A stretch of 64,000 nucleotides of DNA, from the NCBI GenBank assembly GCA_041671125.1, contig JBAZCA010000001.1, positions 8,120-72,119 of the forward strand, read 5' to 3'. Shown here in pieces: positions 17,474 to 26,628 of the stretch. The DNA comes from Patescibacteria group bacterium (GTDB lineage: Bacteria; Patescibacteriota; Patescibacteriia; Patescibacteriales; JBAZCA01). Position 1 is the first letter of the stretch. Every line of letters begins with the position of its first letter. The notes below the pieces were generated by a model that did no database searches, was not told where the DNA came from, and saw only the letters and a list, made by a program, of their open reading frames with translations. Made by a program: the position numbers and the translations under genes.

Positions 17474-20273
17474 AATTCACGGTAATTATCACCGGATCGG
17501 TCGGATCGCCGGTTATGTCGGGCAAAAGCCGCGATACGGCGCCTTCGGCAATGAGGCTGTTAAAATATGTCTGGAAACTGCCGGCTAAAACGCGGTTGTC
17601 AGTATCAACGTAAACGTCAAAGAATAATTCCTGGCCGGGCTTTATTGTTATATTTCCGAGGGAAAGGATATTAGCGCCGGCGACAGGACGGCTGATATTC
17701 CCAAGCTTTCTGCCCGACGCCCTTTCAGCAATCCTCAAGTTAAAGAATCCGAGGCTTGAGGTAAATCCGGCGGCGTCAGTCGTTATTTCAATTTGTTTTA
17801 ACCTAATATCTTCAATTCCTAAGTTGGCGATATTAAAGCTGGCAACAAGGTTATTATTCGCGTCAAGAATCGCTGTTCCGCCGTTGACTGAAATTATGTC
17901 TAGAGCGGTAATATCAAAGAAAACCGGAAGGCTTTGGCAAGGCAGTCCCTCGGCCTGAGCCGGAATGCCTGATTTATAACCAACGGCTACGATCTCACTT
18001 AAAACCATCCGGGTTTCCGACACCCTTAGGTCGCGGACCGTATCGGCAACGATGATAAGCTTAACCCGGCTGCCATTTTTCAAAACTTGGTTAAAACCGC
18101 TAATGGCGAAAGTGGCGCCCGTCGGCTCATAAATGACTTGGCTTGCCCGTTTGCCGTTAATATAAGCCCTGAGGTCGGAAAAGCCGTTATCGTAGGTTAT
18201 CGCCCCGGAACTATCGCCTTGCGCTACTGTCAGCCCGTTAATGACAATATCTTCGCCCGCCGAAGCTTCTAGGATAAAGTTAGCAACAGTCACTCCGCCT
18301 TCGCCCTTTATATAAGTAAGGCCTTCGGTCTCATGGTTCGGGTAAACGTAAAGGCCGGAGCTGGTAACGTTTAACTTCGCTCCCGGCGCCTTAATCGCGT
18401 CGCTGTAATGGGCGCCGTTTTCGGCCGAATAATTTATTTTGCTTAAAACCGCCATGTAATAATCGCCGGCCGAAGTGTCTTTGGGAATATCGGTAATCAG
18501 GGTTACGGTAAGGTTCTTTTTCGCTTCCAGCGCTGCCGGAACCATATTAATAACGGCCGGTCCGGCGCTTAACGCTATTCCTTCAACATGCCCATAAATT
18601 TCGCCGGTAGCGTAATTAACGAGATAGACTGTCGCTTCAATTCGCGGAGCCGAAGAATTTTTTTGCAGCTCAAATTCAAAGCTCTGCAAGGTAATTTTTT
18701 TGTTGTTATTCCTTATCTCAAAATTGCCGACAATCACTCCTTTCTGCCGTGAAAAAACTTTGGTATTGGTTTTTAAATCCTTGGCAACAACGCCGATATA
18801 TTCCCTTTTTATGGTCTGGCTTTCGTCAAGGCTATAAATATCGGCCGGGAGCCCGAGGCCGGTATTTTTTCCAATAACTTTTATTTCCAGTAAATTGAAG
18901 TTGAACGTTTTTTCTTCGCCGTCAATAATATCGGCAGTGGCTAAAAAAGTTTCCTTGGAGTCTTTTGCTATTGCGTAATTACTGACATTAAAATAAAGCT
19001 TGTTGTCGCCCGAAAGCGCCGCGGCCTGCGCGATAATTTTTCCGGAACTGTTTTTCAGTTTAAAATTTTTTATCATCTCCGGCCTGGTTGTTCCTTTAGT
19101 TGTTAAAGTTATTAACTTTACGGCCAGGTCTTCATTTTTCGTCAGTTCCGACAGGCTGAATTTAATTATTGGCTGTTCGGTTGAACCGATAATCGCCCGA
19201 TTGTTATAGCCGTTAAGGCTTAACTCATCAGCCCGAAGCTTCCCCAGGACTCCGTCGCCGACGAGGATTTTTTGGCGCGCGGAAATCAACGGAAACCCTC
19301 CGGCTACCGGGGAATCCGCGGAAACATAGCCGGTATTTTCCATTGATACCTGAAAGGCCTGGCCTTCGTTGGCTTTAGAGCCGCCGAGATTAATATAGAC
19401 TAATATTTTTTTTACTTCGCCCGGAGCAAGCGATAATCCGGCGGGCCTGAAATTAAAAGTAACTTTGCGGCCGCTCCGGTTAGCGACAGAATCTTCGTAT
19501 TTCACGCCGGCGGAGTTAGCGAGATAGATGTCTCTTATCAAGTCTTCCGAATAAACACCTTTAAGATCAAGGGCAATACTTTTAATGACAATCGTTTTTT
19601 CCGACCGGGAAATGAGATCAAAAACCGCCGCCAGATTATCTCTCGTGTTTACGACGGCGTAACCTTCTTTCGGGCTCGCGGAATCAAGATAAACTCCCAA
19701 CCCGGAATAATCCTTTTCGGATTTTCCATTAACGGTTATTTGCCCGGAAGAATTATAAAGCTCGGCCAGGCTGGTTTCTTTATAGGAATTAAAATCAGCT
19801 AAAGAAAGCGTAAGCACGTCTTTCCAATCAAAGCCTAATCCGATAAATTCGCTCTCAGACCGAATAAGCGCTTTTTTTCCGCCACTAATATAAAATACTC
19901 CGGCGTTATCGGTGGTTTTTATCAGCTCGGCGTCCTTCCATAAATCCAGCTCTTCCGAAGATACAATTATTATGTCTGACCAATGATTTCCGTATGACAG
20001 ATAAGCTGAGGCGGAAACATAAACTTTTTTCAGGCCGCGTTCATGATTAAGATAATAAACCGCCGCACTATCAGCGGTTTTTACCTGCCTGATACCCCTG
20101 CTAAGGCCATCGGCCGCTAGGGTATCATTGGAAATAGCATTAAAAACCAATCCTATGGCCAAAGTAAAGAAAGCGAGCTTAAAAAACATTGTCATGACTC
20201 CGCTATGCCATTCCAGTAGGATTGCGCTTCTTTTCTTTAAGTGATATTTAGCTAATTTTAAATAATTTTTCAT
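17472..20273 (-). CDS. Large secreted/anchored hypothetical protein (933 aa), beta-rich repeats
   Basis: It has a signal/anchor segment (MTMFFKLAFFTLAIGLVFNAISNDTLAA). Alternative starts exist at 20195 and 20189. The rest is a long beta-strand-rich sequence with no catalytic motif I recognise. The N-terminal module reads VKTADSAAVYYLNHERGLKKVYVSASAYLSYG. Confidence 0.6.
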   Translation of the reverse strand: MKNYLKLAKYHLKKRSAILLEWHSGVMTMFFKLAFFTLAIGLVFNAISNDTLAADGLSRGIRQVKTADSAAVYYLNHERGLKKVYVSASAYLSYGNHWSDIIIVSSEELDLWKDAELIKTTDNAGVFYISGGKKALIRSESEFIGLGFDWKDVLTLSLADFNSYKETSLAELYNSSGQITVNGKSEKDYSGLGVYLDSASPKEGYAVVNTRDNLAAVFDLISRSEKTIVIKSIALDLKGVYSEDLIRDIYLANSAGVKYEDSVANRSGRKVTFNFRPAGLSLAPGEVKKILVYINLGGSKANEGQAFQVSMENTGYVSADSPVAGGFPLISARQKILVGDGVLGKLRADELSLNGYNNRAIIGSTEQPIIKFSLSELTKNEDLAVKLITLTTKGTTRPEMIKNFKLKNSSGKIIAQAAALSGDNKLYFNVSNYAIAKDSKETFLATADIIDGEEKTFNFNLLEIKVIGKNTGLGLPADIYSLDESQTIKREYIGVVAKDLKTNTKVFSRQKGVIVGNFEIRNNNKKITLQSFEFELQKNSSAPRIEATVYLVNYATGEIYGHVEGIALSAGPAVINMVPAALEAKKNLTVTLITDIPKDTSAGDYYMAVLSKINYSAENGAHYSDAIKAPGAKLNVTSSGLYVYPNHETEGLTYIKGEGGVTVANFILEASAGEDIVINGLTVAQGDSSGAITYDNGFSDLRAYINGKRASQVIYEPTGATFAISGFNQVLKNGSRVKLIIVADTVRDLRVSETRMVLSEIVAVGYKSGIPAQAEGLPCQSLPVFFDITALDIISVNGGTAILDANNNLVASFNIANLGIEDIRLKQIEITTDAAGFTSSLGFFNLRIAERASGRKLGNISRPVAGANILSLGNITIKPGQELFFDVYVDTDNRVLAGSFQTYFNSLIAEGAVSRLLPDITGDPTDPVIITVN

Positions 20274-20387
20274 ACTTTTAGGTTTTTTAACACTAGACTA
20301 ATCATTCTAGCATAAATACATGAGTTTGTCAACCAAGGCGCCACGCGAGTTCTATTAGTTAGCGCAACACCTGTATAATATGGGTAT

Positions 20388-20640
20388 ATGCCAAAAAAAT
20401 ACAAACAATTAAGCGTTGAGGAGCGGGAAATAATACAATTGGGGCTCTTGAAACAGGGATTCCCTGCGGGCGATAGCCCGCGAACTAAATTCGTCCGGTT
20501 TCCACGGTCAGCCGGGAAGTGAAGCAAAACTGTGGTCATATAGAGGAAACGCTGCTACACTCCTCGGGTGGCCCAGGAAAAAGCCAGGGATAAAATCAGA
20601 ACCAGGGGTCAACGATTTCGATTGAAAGATCCATTCTGAA
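20388..20640 (+). pseudogene. IS30-family transposase N-terminal (HTH) remnant, multiply frameshifted, with no DDE domain
   Basis: Frame 1 reads MPKKYKQLSVEEREIIQLGLLKQG. A shifted frame reads SLRAIARELN, another RPVSTVSREVKQN, and frame 1 again YTPRVAQEKARDKIRTRGQRFRLKDPF. Together these match the IS30 pattern HLT.EER..I..L...G.S.R.IA..L.RS.STISREv.RN...Y.a..Aq. There are at least 3 frame disruptions, and the next gene starts at 20715, leaving no room for a catalytic domain. Confidence 0.7.
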
Positions 20641-20714
20641 AGGTACCAAAAAACAAATAGCGCTCAATAAAGATTTATAGTATAATTGAGTTATAAAAGA
20701 TAAGATAAAAATAA

Positions 20715-22118
20715 ATGAATGCAAAGACAAAAAAAATATTCATCTCGTCTTTGGCTGTAATCATCTTTTCGATTATTGCTGGTTTTTATTATCACAACAG
20801 CCGGCGAGTGAGCGTGGATCTGCCGCCGGATTCAAGCGCGGCGGAAGCTGAAATAGCCGGAAGCAATCTCGGATTTTTTTATTTAAAAAAATATAAAGAT
20901 CCTCAGTTTAATTTGAAAGCTTCTTATGTCAGGACAGCTATTTCCTGGGGTATTTTTCAGCCTGATGCTCCGACATACGACGGGGATGGAAATGTGAATA
21001 ATTTTAAATGGGATAATTCACAAGAGCAACTGATAACCAAACTTAATAATGACGGAAAAAAAATTATTCCTTCAATACGCACAGTTTCTCAAGGTGTGAA
21101 AACGGGGAAAAACAATTGGGCGCTTTATTCTCTTGTTGAAGGAGTGCGCAATAATCAAGGAAATCCCATAACGCCAAAAATTGAGTGTAAGAAAGATGGT
21201 GGTACTGATTATAAAGCCTCGGCTTTGCCCGTGGATTTGACGACAAATTCTGACGCCCAGTACGCTTACAGCAAAAATTATTATAATTTTGTAAAAGCAG
21301 CCATAAAATATTTCAAAGATAAGGGTATTAATTTTGAAATTGTAGTCATTGAAAATGAAATGAATTCCCCAAATTTTTGGTGCGGTACGCCGGATCAATA
21401 TATTCGTTTATATAAAACGGCAGTGAAGGCGGTGCGCGATGTTGATCCTAACATAAAGGTCGCGGACGGCGGTTTGCAAGGGTTTGCGCTGGATGCTCTA
21501 TCTCAAGACAAAAACGGTCAGGGCATAGCTTTTACCAATGGAGAGGCTATGATTAATGCCAATATGTTTGCTATTGGTGATTTAGCTAACTTTCATCACT
21601 ACCAAAGTTCGGAAAACATAACCAGAATAATCAGTTATTTGAAAGATAAAAATAAAGATACGAACGGCAAGGAAAAACCGATTTTTACCAACGAAATTGG
21701 GTCGCGGGAAGGGAGTGAAAGCGGTCAGGAAATGGTCAAAAAATTCGCGTACTTATTGATGCAAGATGTCCGGCCGATCGTTTGGTTCTCTCCTAATGGA
21801 GCCGGAGAAGGCAATAATGACGGCGCGCTTATTGATGATAATGGTGACCCGATAGGACAAAACCTTAAGGCTTTCATCACATCAACCAAGTTTCTCGACG
21901 GGTCTATTATTTCCAGAGAAGATCTTTCTGACGAAAACAGGAATGAATTTCATTTTAAACTTCAAGAGCAGGAAGTAACTATTATGTGGGTCAAGCAAAA
22001 ACCAATGAAGCTTGATAGCATCGGTTCAAATTGCGAAAGATATGACTATCAAGGAAATAAAATTACTTCAGATTCTTATACGCTTGACTCATCGCCGGTC
22101 TTGGTTGTATGCCCGTAA
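20715..22118 (+). CDS. Membrane-anchored clan GH-A (GH39-like) glycoside hydrolase candidate
   Basis: It has an N-terminal TM anchor. FEIVVIENEMNSPNFWCGTPDQYIRLYKTAVKAVRDVDPNIKVADGG matches the GH39/GH-A acid-base region (W-NEPN..FW.GT..EY..LY..T..AIK..DP..KVGG). A later FTNEIGS is a candidate nucleophile region. Confidence 0.6.
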   Translation: MNAKTKKIFISSLAVIIFSIIAGFYYHNSRRVSVDLPPDSSAAEAEIAGSNLGFFYLKKYKDPQFNLKASYVRTAISWGIFQPDAPTYDGDGNVNNFKWDNSQEQLITKLNNDGKKIIPSIRTVSQGVKTGKNNWALYSLVEGVRNNQGNPITPKIECKKDGGTDYKASALPVDLTTNSDAQYAYSKNYYNFVKAAIKYFKDKGINFEIVVIENEMNSPNFWCGTPDQYIRLYKTAVKAVRDVDPNIKVADGGLQGFALDALSQDKNGQGIAFTNGEAMINANMFAIGDLANFHHYQSSENITRIISYLKDKNKDTNGKEKPIFTNEIGSREGSESGQEMVKKFAYLLMQDVRPIVWFSPNGAGEGNNDGALIDDNGDPIGQNLKAFITSTKFLDGSIISREDLSDENRNEFHFKLQEQEVTIMWVKQKPMKLDSIGSNCERYDYQGNKITSDSYTLDSSPVLVVCP

Positions 22119-22174
22119 GTTTCCGGCGCCGTGGTGCAATAGGTAATAAAAATAAGTCAGGGACGATTAAAAAA

Positions 22175-23938
22175 ATGGACATGAAAACAAAAAAGATACT
22201 CGTAGTGGTTTTGGCAATAGTTACCCTTCTGATTTTTGTTGGTTTTTTTTACAACAATAACTGGCGAGTAGTGAAGGAACTGCCGCCGGATTCGAGCGTG
22301 AAAGAAAGAAGCATGACTGGTCGGGGAGTCGCCTGGTCCGGATATATGCTTCACCCAGGAAGACCTTGGTCGAAAATTACTCGAGCTCCGCAAATTCTAC
22401 AACTAAAGGATAAAAATGTTATCTATATATTGAACCAGGGTATTGGATTTCATATTTCCAGCGTCAACCTAAGAGCCTTTTTGGGAGGAACGAATGAACC
22501 GGTTATAAAGGGTCGGGGAGTTCCTGTTTACCCGGCTGTTGAAAGAGTTACCGAGTGCCCTGGGGGTGATGACGGAGAATCTGATGAGGGAGATCAGGAA
22601 GCTTGCTATAAGCCTGGTCCGGGCATTGAGGATGATAAGGTGGTATCATGGAAAAAATTTGTCGAGAAAAAAGCGCTTGATTATATCGCAGCCGAAAAAG
22701 ACACCAAGAACAATCCTAACGGAAACAAAATATCCTGGCAGATAGGAAATGAAATTAATAACCAAACCAACAGCCAGGGCTTGAGATCCTGGTTTGTTCA
22801 ATGGCGGAAAGTTCATAACAAAACGGATGATCCTAATTGGGGGTTGCTCGGAACTCCTTCTAGGTGGAAAGAATATAAAAACGCTTCTTGGCTGAACGAT
22901 GAATTTCATTGTGAAAAAGACAAAGATGGAAATGAAAAGAAAAAGTCCAGTTGGGCGTTGTGCACAACCAAACGAAATGACGAAACCCTCATTCCGTATT
23001 ATGTGGAATATGAGCTGGCGCCGACCATTGAGATTTTATTGGCAGTGAAGAAAGAAACTGGCCGCGATTTTGATGTTTCGCTGGGCTCGATTGCCACGGC
23101 AAGGTATGCCGACTCCAGGGACTGGTTGAATAAAATTATGAATTATTCCATAAAGGGAATTTATGCCCCATCTCTCAAAGGGAAAAAGGTTATTGATCTG
23201 TTTGGCTCGGATGGAGTGATGGATCACGTGTCTATCCAGTATCTGGCGACTTTTGACTATCATCAGTCCAGCGAGGTAATAAACCCCGCTTATGTGGATG
23301 GTAGCTGGGAAAGCGCCCTAAACGAGATATACGACAAGTGGATAAAGACGGGAAAAATAAAGGGAATCTGGGTGACTGAAGAAGTGGGCAATAAGGATAT
23401 CATTAGTTCCGGCCGGGCGCAGCCGGTGGCCATAAAAGTTTTTTCCCGCTATATGCATTGGTGGCTGGAAAAATCACTGCCGCCGAGAGACAACCTGGTG
23501 GCATTTTTCAGGCCTCCCGAGTTGGCTGATTCGGTAAAAGATCCTTCTCGGGCAATTGATGAAATATATGATTTTTTTGGCTCGGAAGCGAAAATATTCG
23601 AAAATGCCAAGGGTTACTTGTCCTTTTCCGGCAAAGAAGATAAAACGGAGGCTTATGCCTTTGGGTCAAATTCGAACGATGTCGAAAAAACGGCTATTAT
23701 CATCTTCCCAAAAACCATCCAGAAAGAGCATGACATAGAGTTGAAAGATATTTATATTCCTGAAGGAGGGAATATAAATATCAAAAAAACCTATCTGTTC
23801 GCGGAAGGTTCTCCGCAAGAATTATCCGGCACTAGCGCGACAAAAGATAAAAATAAATACAAAATATCTCTCGCGAGCAGTGTCAAGCTAACCAACCAAA
23901 GCGTATTAGTTATTTTTCTTGAGAAAAGTTTAGATTAA
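22175..23938 (+). CDS. Membrane-anchored GH-A-like protein, distant paralog of the upstream gene
   Basis: It shares its N-terminus with the upstream gene (KTKKI..FY.NN.R.V..LPPDSS). It has a candidate acid-base motif (ISWQIGNEINN) and a candidate nucleophile (IWVTEEVGN). The start is taken at ATG 22175 (MDMKTKK); ORF 22109 overlaps the upstream gene end. Confidence 0.55.
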   Translation: MDMKTKKILVVVLAIVTLLIFVGFFYNNNWRVVKELPPDSSVKERSMTGRGVAWSGYMLHPGRPWSKITRAPQILQLKDKNVIYILNQGIGFHISSVNLRAFLGGTNEPVIKGRGVPVYPAVERVTECPGGDDGESDEGDQEACYKPGPGIEDDKVVSWKKFVEKKALDYIAAEKDTKNNPNGNKISWQIGNEINNQTNSQGLRSWFVQWRKVHNKTDDPNWGLLGTPSRWKEYKNASWLNDEFHCEKDKDGNEKKKSSWALCTTKRNDETLIPYYVEYELAPTIEILLAVKKETGRDFDVSLGSIATARYADSRDWLNKIMNYSIKGIYAPSLKGKKVIDLFGSDGVMDHVSIQYLATFDYHQSSEVINPAYVDGSWESALNEIYDKWIKTGKIKGIWVTEEVGNKDIISSGRAQPVAIKVFSRYMHWWLEKSLPPRDNLVAFFRPPELADSVKDPSRAIDEIYDFFGSEAKIFENAKGYLSFSGKEDKTEAYAFGSNSNDVEKTAIIIFPKTIQKEHDIELKDIYIPEGGNINIKKTYLFAEGSPQELSGTSATKDKNKYKISLASSVKLTNQSVLVIFLEKSLD

Positions 23939-24095
23939 CTTGTTCCAGAAACTATAATGTACCTATAAATTCAGACAGGTATCTTTGGTGGAAAATTGTT
24001 ATATGTGCGGTTGTTCAGATGGAGCTTGCCAGGCTAATGGAACTTGTGCGGTTGTCTCGAGGCGTTATAATATTGGAGATTTTGAAAATTAAAGG

Positions 24096-24166
24096 TGGAC
24101 TCACCGGGAATCGGACCCGGACCTCGGCAATGCGAATGCCGCGTAATACCGTTTTACTATGAGCCC
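24096..24166 (-). tRNA. tRNA-Ala (anticodon CGC)
   Basis: The reverse complement is GGGCTCA TA GTAA AACGGTA TTAC G CGGCA TTCGCAT TGCCG AGGT CCGGG TCCGATT CCCGG TGAGTCC A. It folds into a cloverleaf with anticodon loop TT-CGC-AT and the G3:U70 alanine identity pair. Oddities are a T-loop of TCCGATT (C at position 55) and a 4-nt variable loop. CCA is not encoded. Confidence 0.75.
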
Positions 24167-24205
24167 AAATAATCAACCCCGGGGATCCGGGATTGATTGT
24201 TTTAT

Positions 24206-25420
24206 CTACTGGTTTTCACAATATTTCTCAATTCGGTCAAAGGCGTCATTGATATTTTCTTCGCTCTTGGCAAAATTCATCCTAAAGTGCCCTTCCCCTG
24301 AAGGACCGAAAGCAAACCCCGGAACCGAACCAACTTTGGCTTTCTCCAAAAGATCAACGCAAAATTCCCAGGAGTCAATAACTTCCGCGCCCTTTGAATT
24401 TATGGTCTTTTTCATTTTTGGGAAAGCTTCAGGCCTTATTTTCGGAAAAATATAATAAGCTCCCTGGGGCTTAGCGTAGCTGAAATACTTTGAGAGTTTG
24501 TCCAGTCGCGCGCAGATTAAGTCCCTGCGTTTCTGGAACTCAACATTAAAGTTAGTGATATTTTCTTCACAGCCTTCCAGGGCGCCCATGGCCGCCACCT
24601 GGGAGATGACCGGAGCGCAGGTAACGAGGCAGTCATGGACTTTTAATATTTCCTTGACGTTTTTAGCGTCGCTATGGAGGAAGCCGACCCGCCAGCCGGT
24701 CATGGCGAATAATTTTGAGAGGCTGAAAATCCTTATCACCTTTTCCCGGATCTCGGGAATCTCAGCGACTGAAAAGAGCCGGCCGTTTTCAAGGTAAGAA
24801 GGGTCAAAAACAAAATCTTTGTAAAGCTCGTCGGTAATAAGGAAAATGTCATGCTTTTTAACAAACTCAACCAGCTCTAAAAGCTGGGGTTTTGAAAAAA
24901 TCGTTCCGGTCGGATTGGAAGGGTTGGAATAAATTATGGCTTTGGTTTTAGGCGTTATGGCTTTTTCAATTTCCGCCATCTCAAGCCCCCAGTCTTTTTC
25001 CTCGTTTAGCGGAGCGTAAACCGGCCGGCAACCGGCGAGCGTAATAACTTCGCGGTAAGAAGTGTAAGCCGGCTCAGGCACGAGAATCTCATCGCCCGGC
25101 ATGGTAATAGCCAGGATGGTCGCGGTTAGCGCCTCAATCGCCCCGACAGTAACGAGAATTTCAGTTTCCCAATCATAGCGCATGTTTTCCTTGGCAAGGT
25201 GGGCTTCAAAAAGCTCCCGGAGCTCCATCATCCCGGGCGAGAGCGAATATTTTGAGATTACCTGGTTTTTCAATTCCCTTTCCACCCGCCTTTTTATAAA
25301 CTGCGGGGTGTCAAAACTCGGCACGCCTTGAGCCAATGATATCACGTCGGGAATTTTCGCCGCTTTTAGCTCCATCTGCTTGATTACCGAAAGTTTTAAA
25401 TCTTTTGTTCGTTCAAACAT
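24206..25420 (-). CDS. Class I/II pyridoxal-phosphate-dependent aminotransferase
   Basis: It has the NPSNPTG motif and the PLP-lysine region IFSLSKLFAMTGWRVGF. 404 aa. Confidence 0.85.
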   Translation of the reverse strand: MFERTKDLKLSVIKQMELKAAKIPDVISLAQGVPSFDTPQFIKRRVERELKNQVISKYSLSPGMMELRELFEAHLAKENMRYDWETEILVTVGAIEALTATILAITMPGDEILVPEPAYTSYREVITLAGCRPVYAPLNEEKDWGLEMAEIEKAITPKTKAIIYSNPSNPTGTIFSKPQLLELVEFVKKHDIFLITDELYKDFVFDPSYLENGRLFSVAEIPEIREKVIRIFSLSKLFAMTGWRVGFLHSDAKNVKEILKVHDCLVTCAPVISQVAAMGALEGCEENITNFNVEFQKRRDLICARLDKLSKYFSYAKPQGAYYIFPKIRPEAFPKMKKTINSKGAEVIDSWEFCVDLLEKAKVGSVPGFAFGPSGEGHFRMNFAKSEENINDAFDRIEKYCENQ

Positions 25421-25428
25421 GTTATTAG

Positions 25429-25499
25429 AATTAAAAATTACGAATTACAAATTAAGATTTTATTACGACTCTTAATTTTTAATTCTTAATTTTTAATTT
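25429..25499. repeat. AATTNNN-unit inverted repeat between the aminotransferase and FemAB genes
   Basis: aattaaaaattacgaattacaaattaag faces cttaatttttaattcttaatttttaattta. The arms are AT-rich and complementary, with AATT recurring every 7 nt. Confidence 0.8.
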
Positions 25500-25536
25500 A
25501 TGATTCATCACCTCCGGCCTTTGCCATCCTTTCAAC

Positions 25537-26556
25537 TCAATACCCCCTTTTTACCCTCCTTAATGTTTCCACTACATAATTTAACCAATATTTCGGCGAA
25601 ATTACAAGGTCTTGGGCATGGAGATAATTTTCCGCCCGGCCTCCGAAACCTTTTTTGAATATTGTCAACCCTCTCCAGGGGTGTTTCTTCGCGTTCTCAG
25701 GCGCGATGCCCCAAAAATTATAGTTTTTAAGTCCCCGACGCCGGGCTTCAAGAATAACATTCCATTGTAATAATTCGGACGCGGTAAGGCCGGAATTATC
25801 CGACCGGATTGACGCGCCGTGATGATAAAAAGCCATGCCGGAAGAAAAAATAATCACGGCCGCGGAAATTAGCTTTCCTTTAAAATACGCGAAAAACATC
25901 AGGGCTTTGTTGTTATTTTTAAATATCTCAAACTCGCGCCGGATATAGCTTTCCGAAAACGGGATGAATTTCTGCCGCTTCGCTGTTTCAAGATACATTC
26001 CGTAAAACAACTTAACATCCTCCGGGTTGGCTGAAGTCGTTATTTTTATCCCGTCTTTTTCCGCTTTGCGGATGGAATAGCGGGTTCTCTTTTTCATGGC
26101 GCCGAGTATTTCTTCTTCCGGCCGGTTTATATTAAGAATCCAGGCATTTTCCGGATGCATCATATGAACCGGCGCGGGAATAAACCCTTCCGTTTTAAAA
26201 AGCTTTCCCATTTCTTCCGTATCCGGAGCCAAAGAGCTTACGCGGATAAAACTGACTTTTTCTTTTTTCGCGAGCGCCCGAAGATGCCCGGCGAGCGCCC
26301 GAAAGTCTTCCGGATCTTGCCAACTGACTGACGGCCCGTGCGGACAAAATAAAAACGATCCCCGCCGGGCGTTTATTCTATAAACAAAAGCGGTTCCCCG
26401 GATATTGCCTTTTTCAAAAATTCCCAGCCTGAAAATTTTATGGCCAAGGAGTTCCTGCGCGGCTCCCCATTCCCAAGTCTGCAAAAAAGTATGCGGCGCG
26501 CAACTGCCCTCAAAATCCTGCCAGACTTTTTCGTCAATGATTTCTTTTATTTCCAT
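25537..26556 (-). CDS. FemAB-family peptidoglycan interpeptide-bridge aminoacyltransferase
   Basis: FLQTWEWGAAQELLGHKIFRLGIFEKGNIRG..MKKRTRYSIRKAEKDGI..AFYHHGAS..LLQWNVILEARRRGLKNYNFWG is the typical FemABX pattern. Confidence 0.8.
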   Translation of the reverse strand: MEIKEIIDEKVWQDFEGSCAPHTFLQTWEWGAAQELLGHKIFRLGIFEKGNIRGTAFVYRINARRGSFLFCPHGPSVSWQDPEDFRALAGHLRALAKKEKVSFIRVSSLAPDTEEMGKLFKTEGFIPAPVHMMHPENAWILNINRPEEEILGAMKKRTRYSIRKAEKDGIKITTSANPEDVKLFYGMYLETAKRQKFIPFSESYIRREFEIFKNNNKALMFFAYFKGKLISAAVIIFSSGMAFYHHGASIRSDNSGLTASELLQWNVILEARRRGLKNYNFWGIAPENAKKHPWRGLTIFKKGFGGRAENYLHAQDLVISPKYWLNYVVETLRRVKRGY

Positions 26557-26567
26557 GAATATGAATG

Positions 26568-26628
26568 ATAAGTAAGAAGTTAGAAGTTAGAAATTAGAAA
26601 TTTTTTCTTCTTACTTCTGACTTCTTAT
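26568..26628. repeat. AGAAGTN-unit hairpin overlapping the 3' end of the DegT-like gene
   Basis: aagtaagaag (26570-26579) pairs perfectly with cttcttactt (26607-16), flanked by agaagtt/agaaatt units. The last codons of ORF 26594..27871 (..KKSEVRRKNF*) are encoded by the right arm. Confidence 0.75.

Noticed and set aside
20270-20539. 89-aa minus-strand ORF upstream of the GH genes.
   Set aside because: It overlaps the IS30-like remnant, which reads convincingly on the plus strand across three frames. The minus-strand product has no recognisable features.
24003-24092. 29-aa Cys-rich micro-ORF (MCGCSDGACQANGTCAVVSRRYNIGDFEN) next to tRNA-Ala; possible RiPP precursor for the radical SAM enzymes.
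   Set aside because: It lies 35 kb from the rSAM genes, has no convincing start context, and ends 3 nt from the tRNA 3' end. The region contains an 11-nt direct repeat (tgtgcggttgt x2) that generates the Cys codons. It is most likely non-coding tRNA-flanking sequence.
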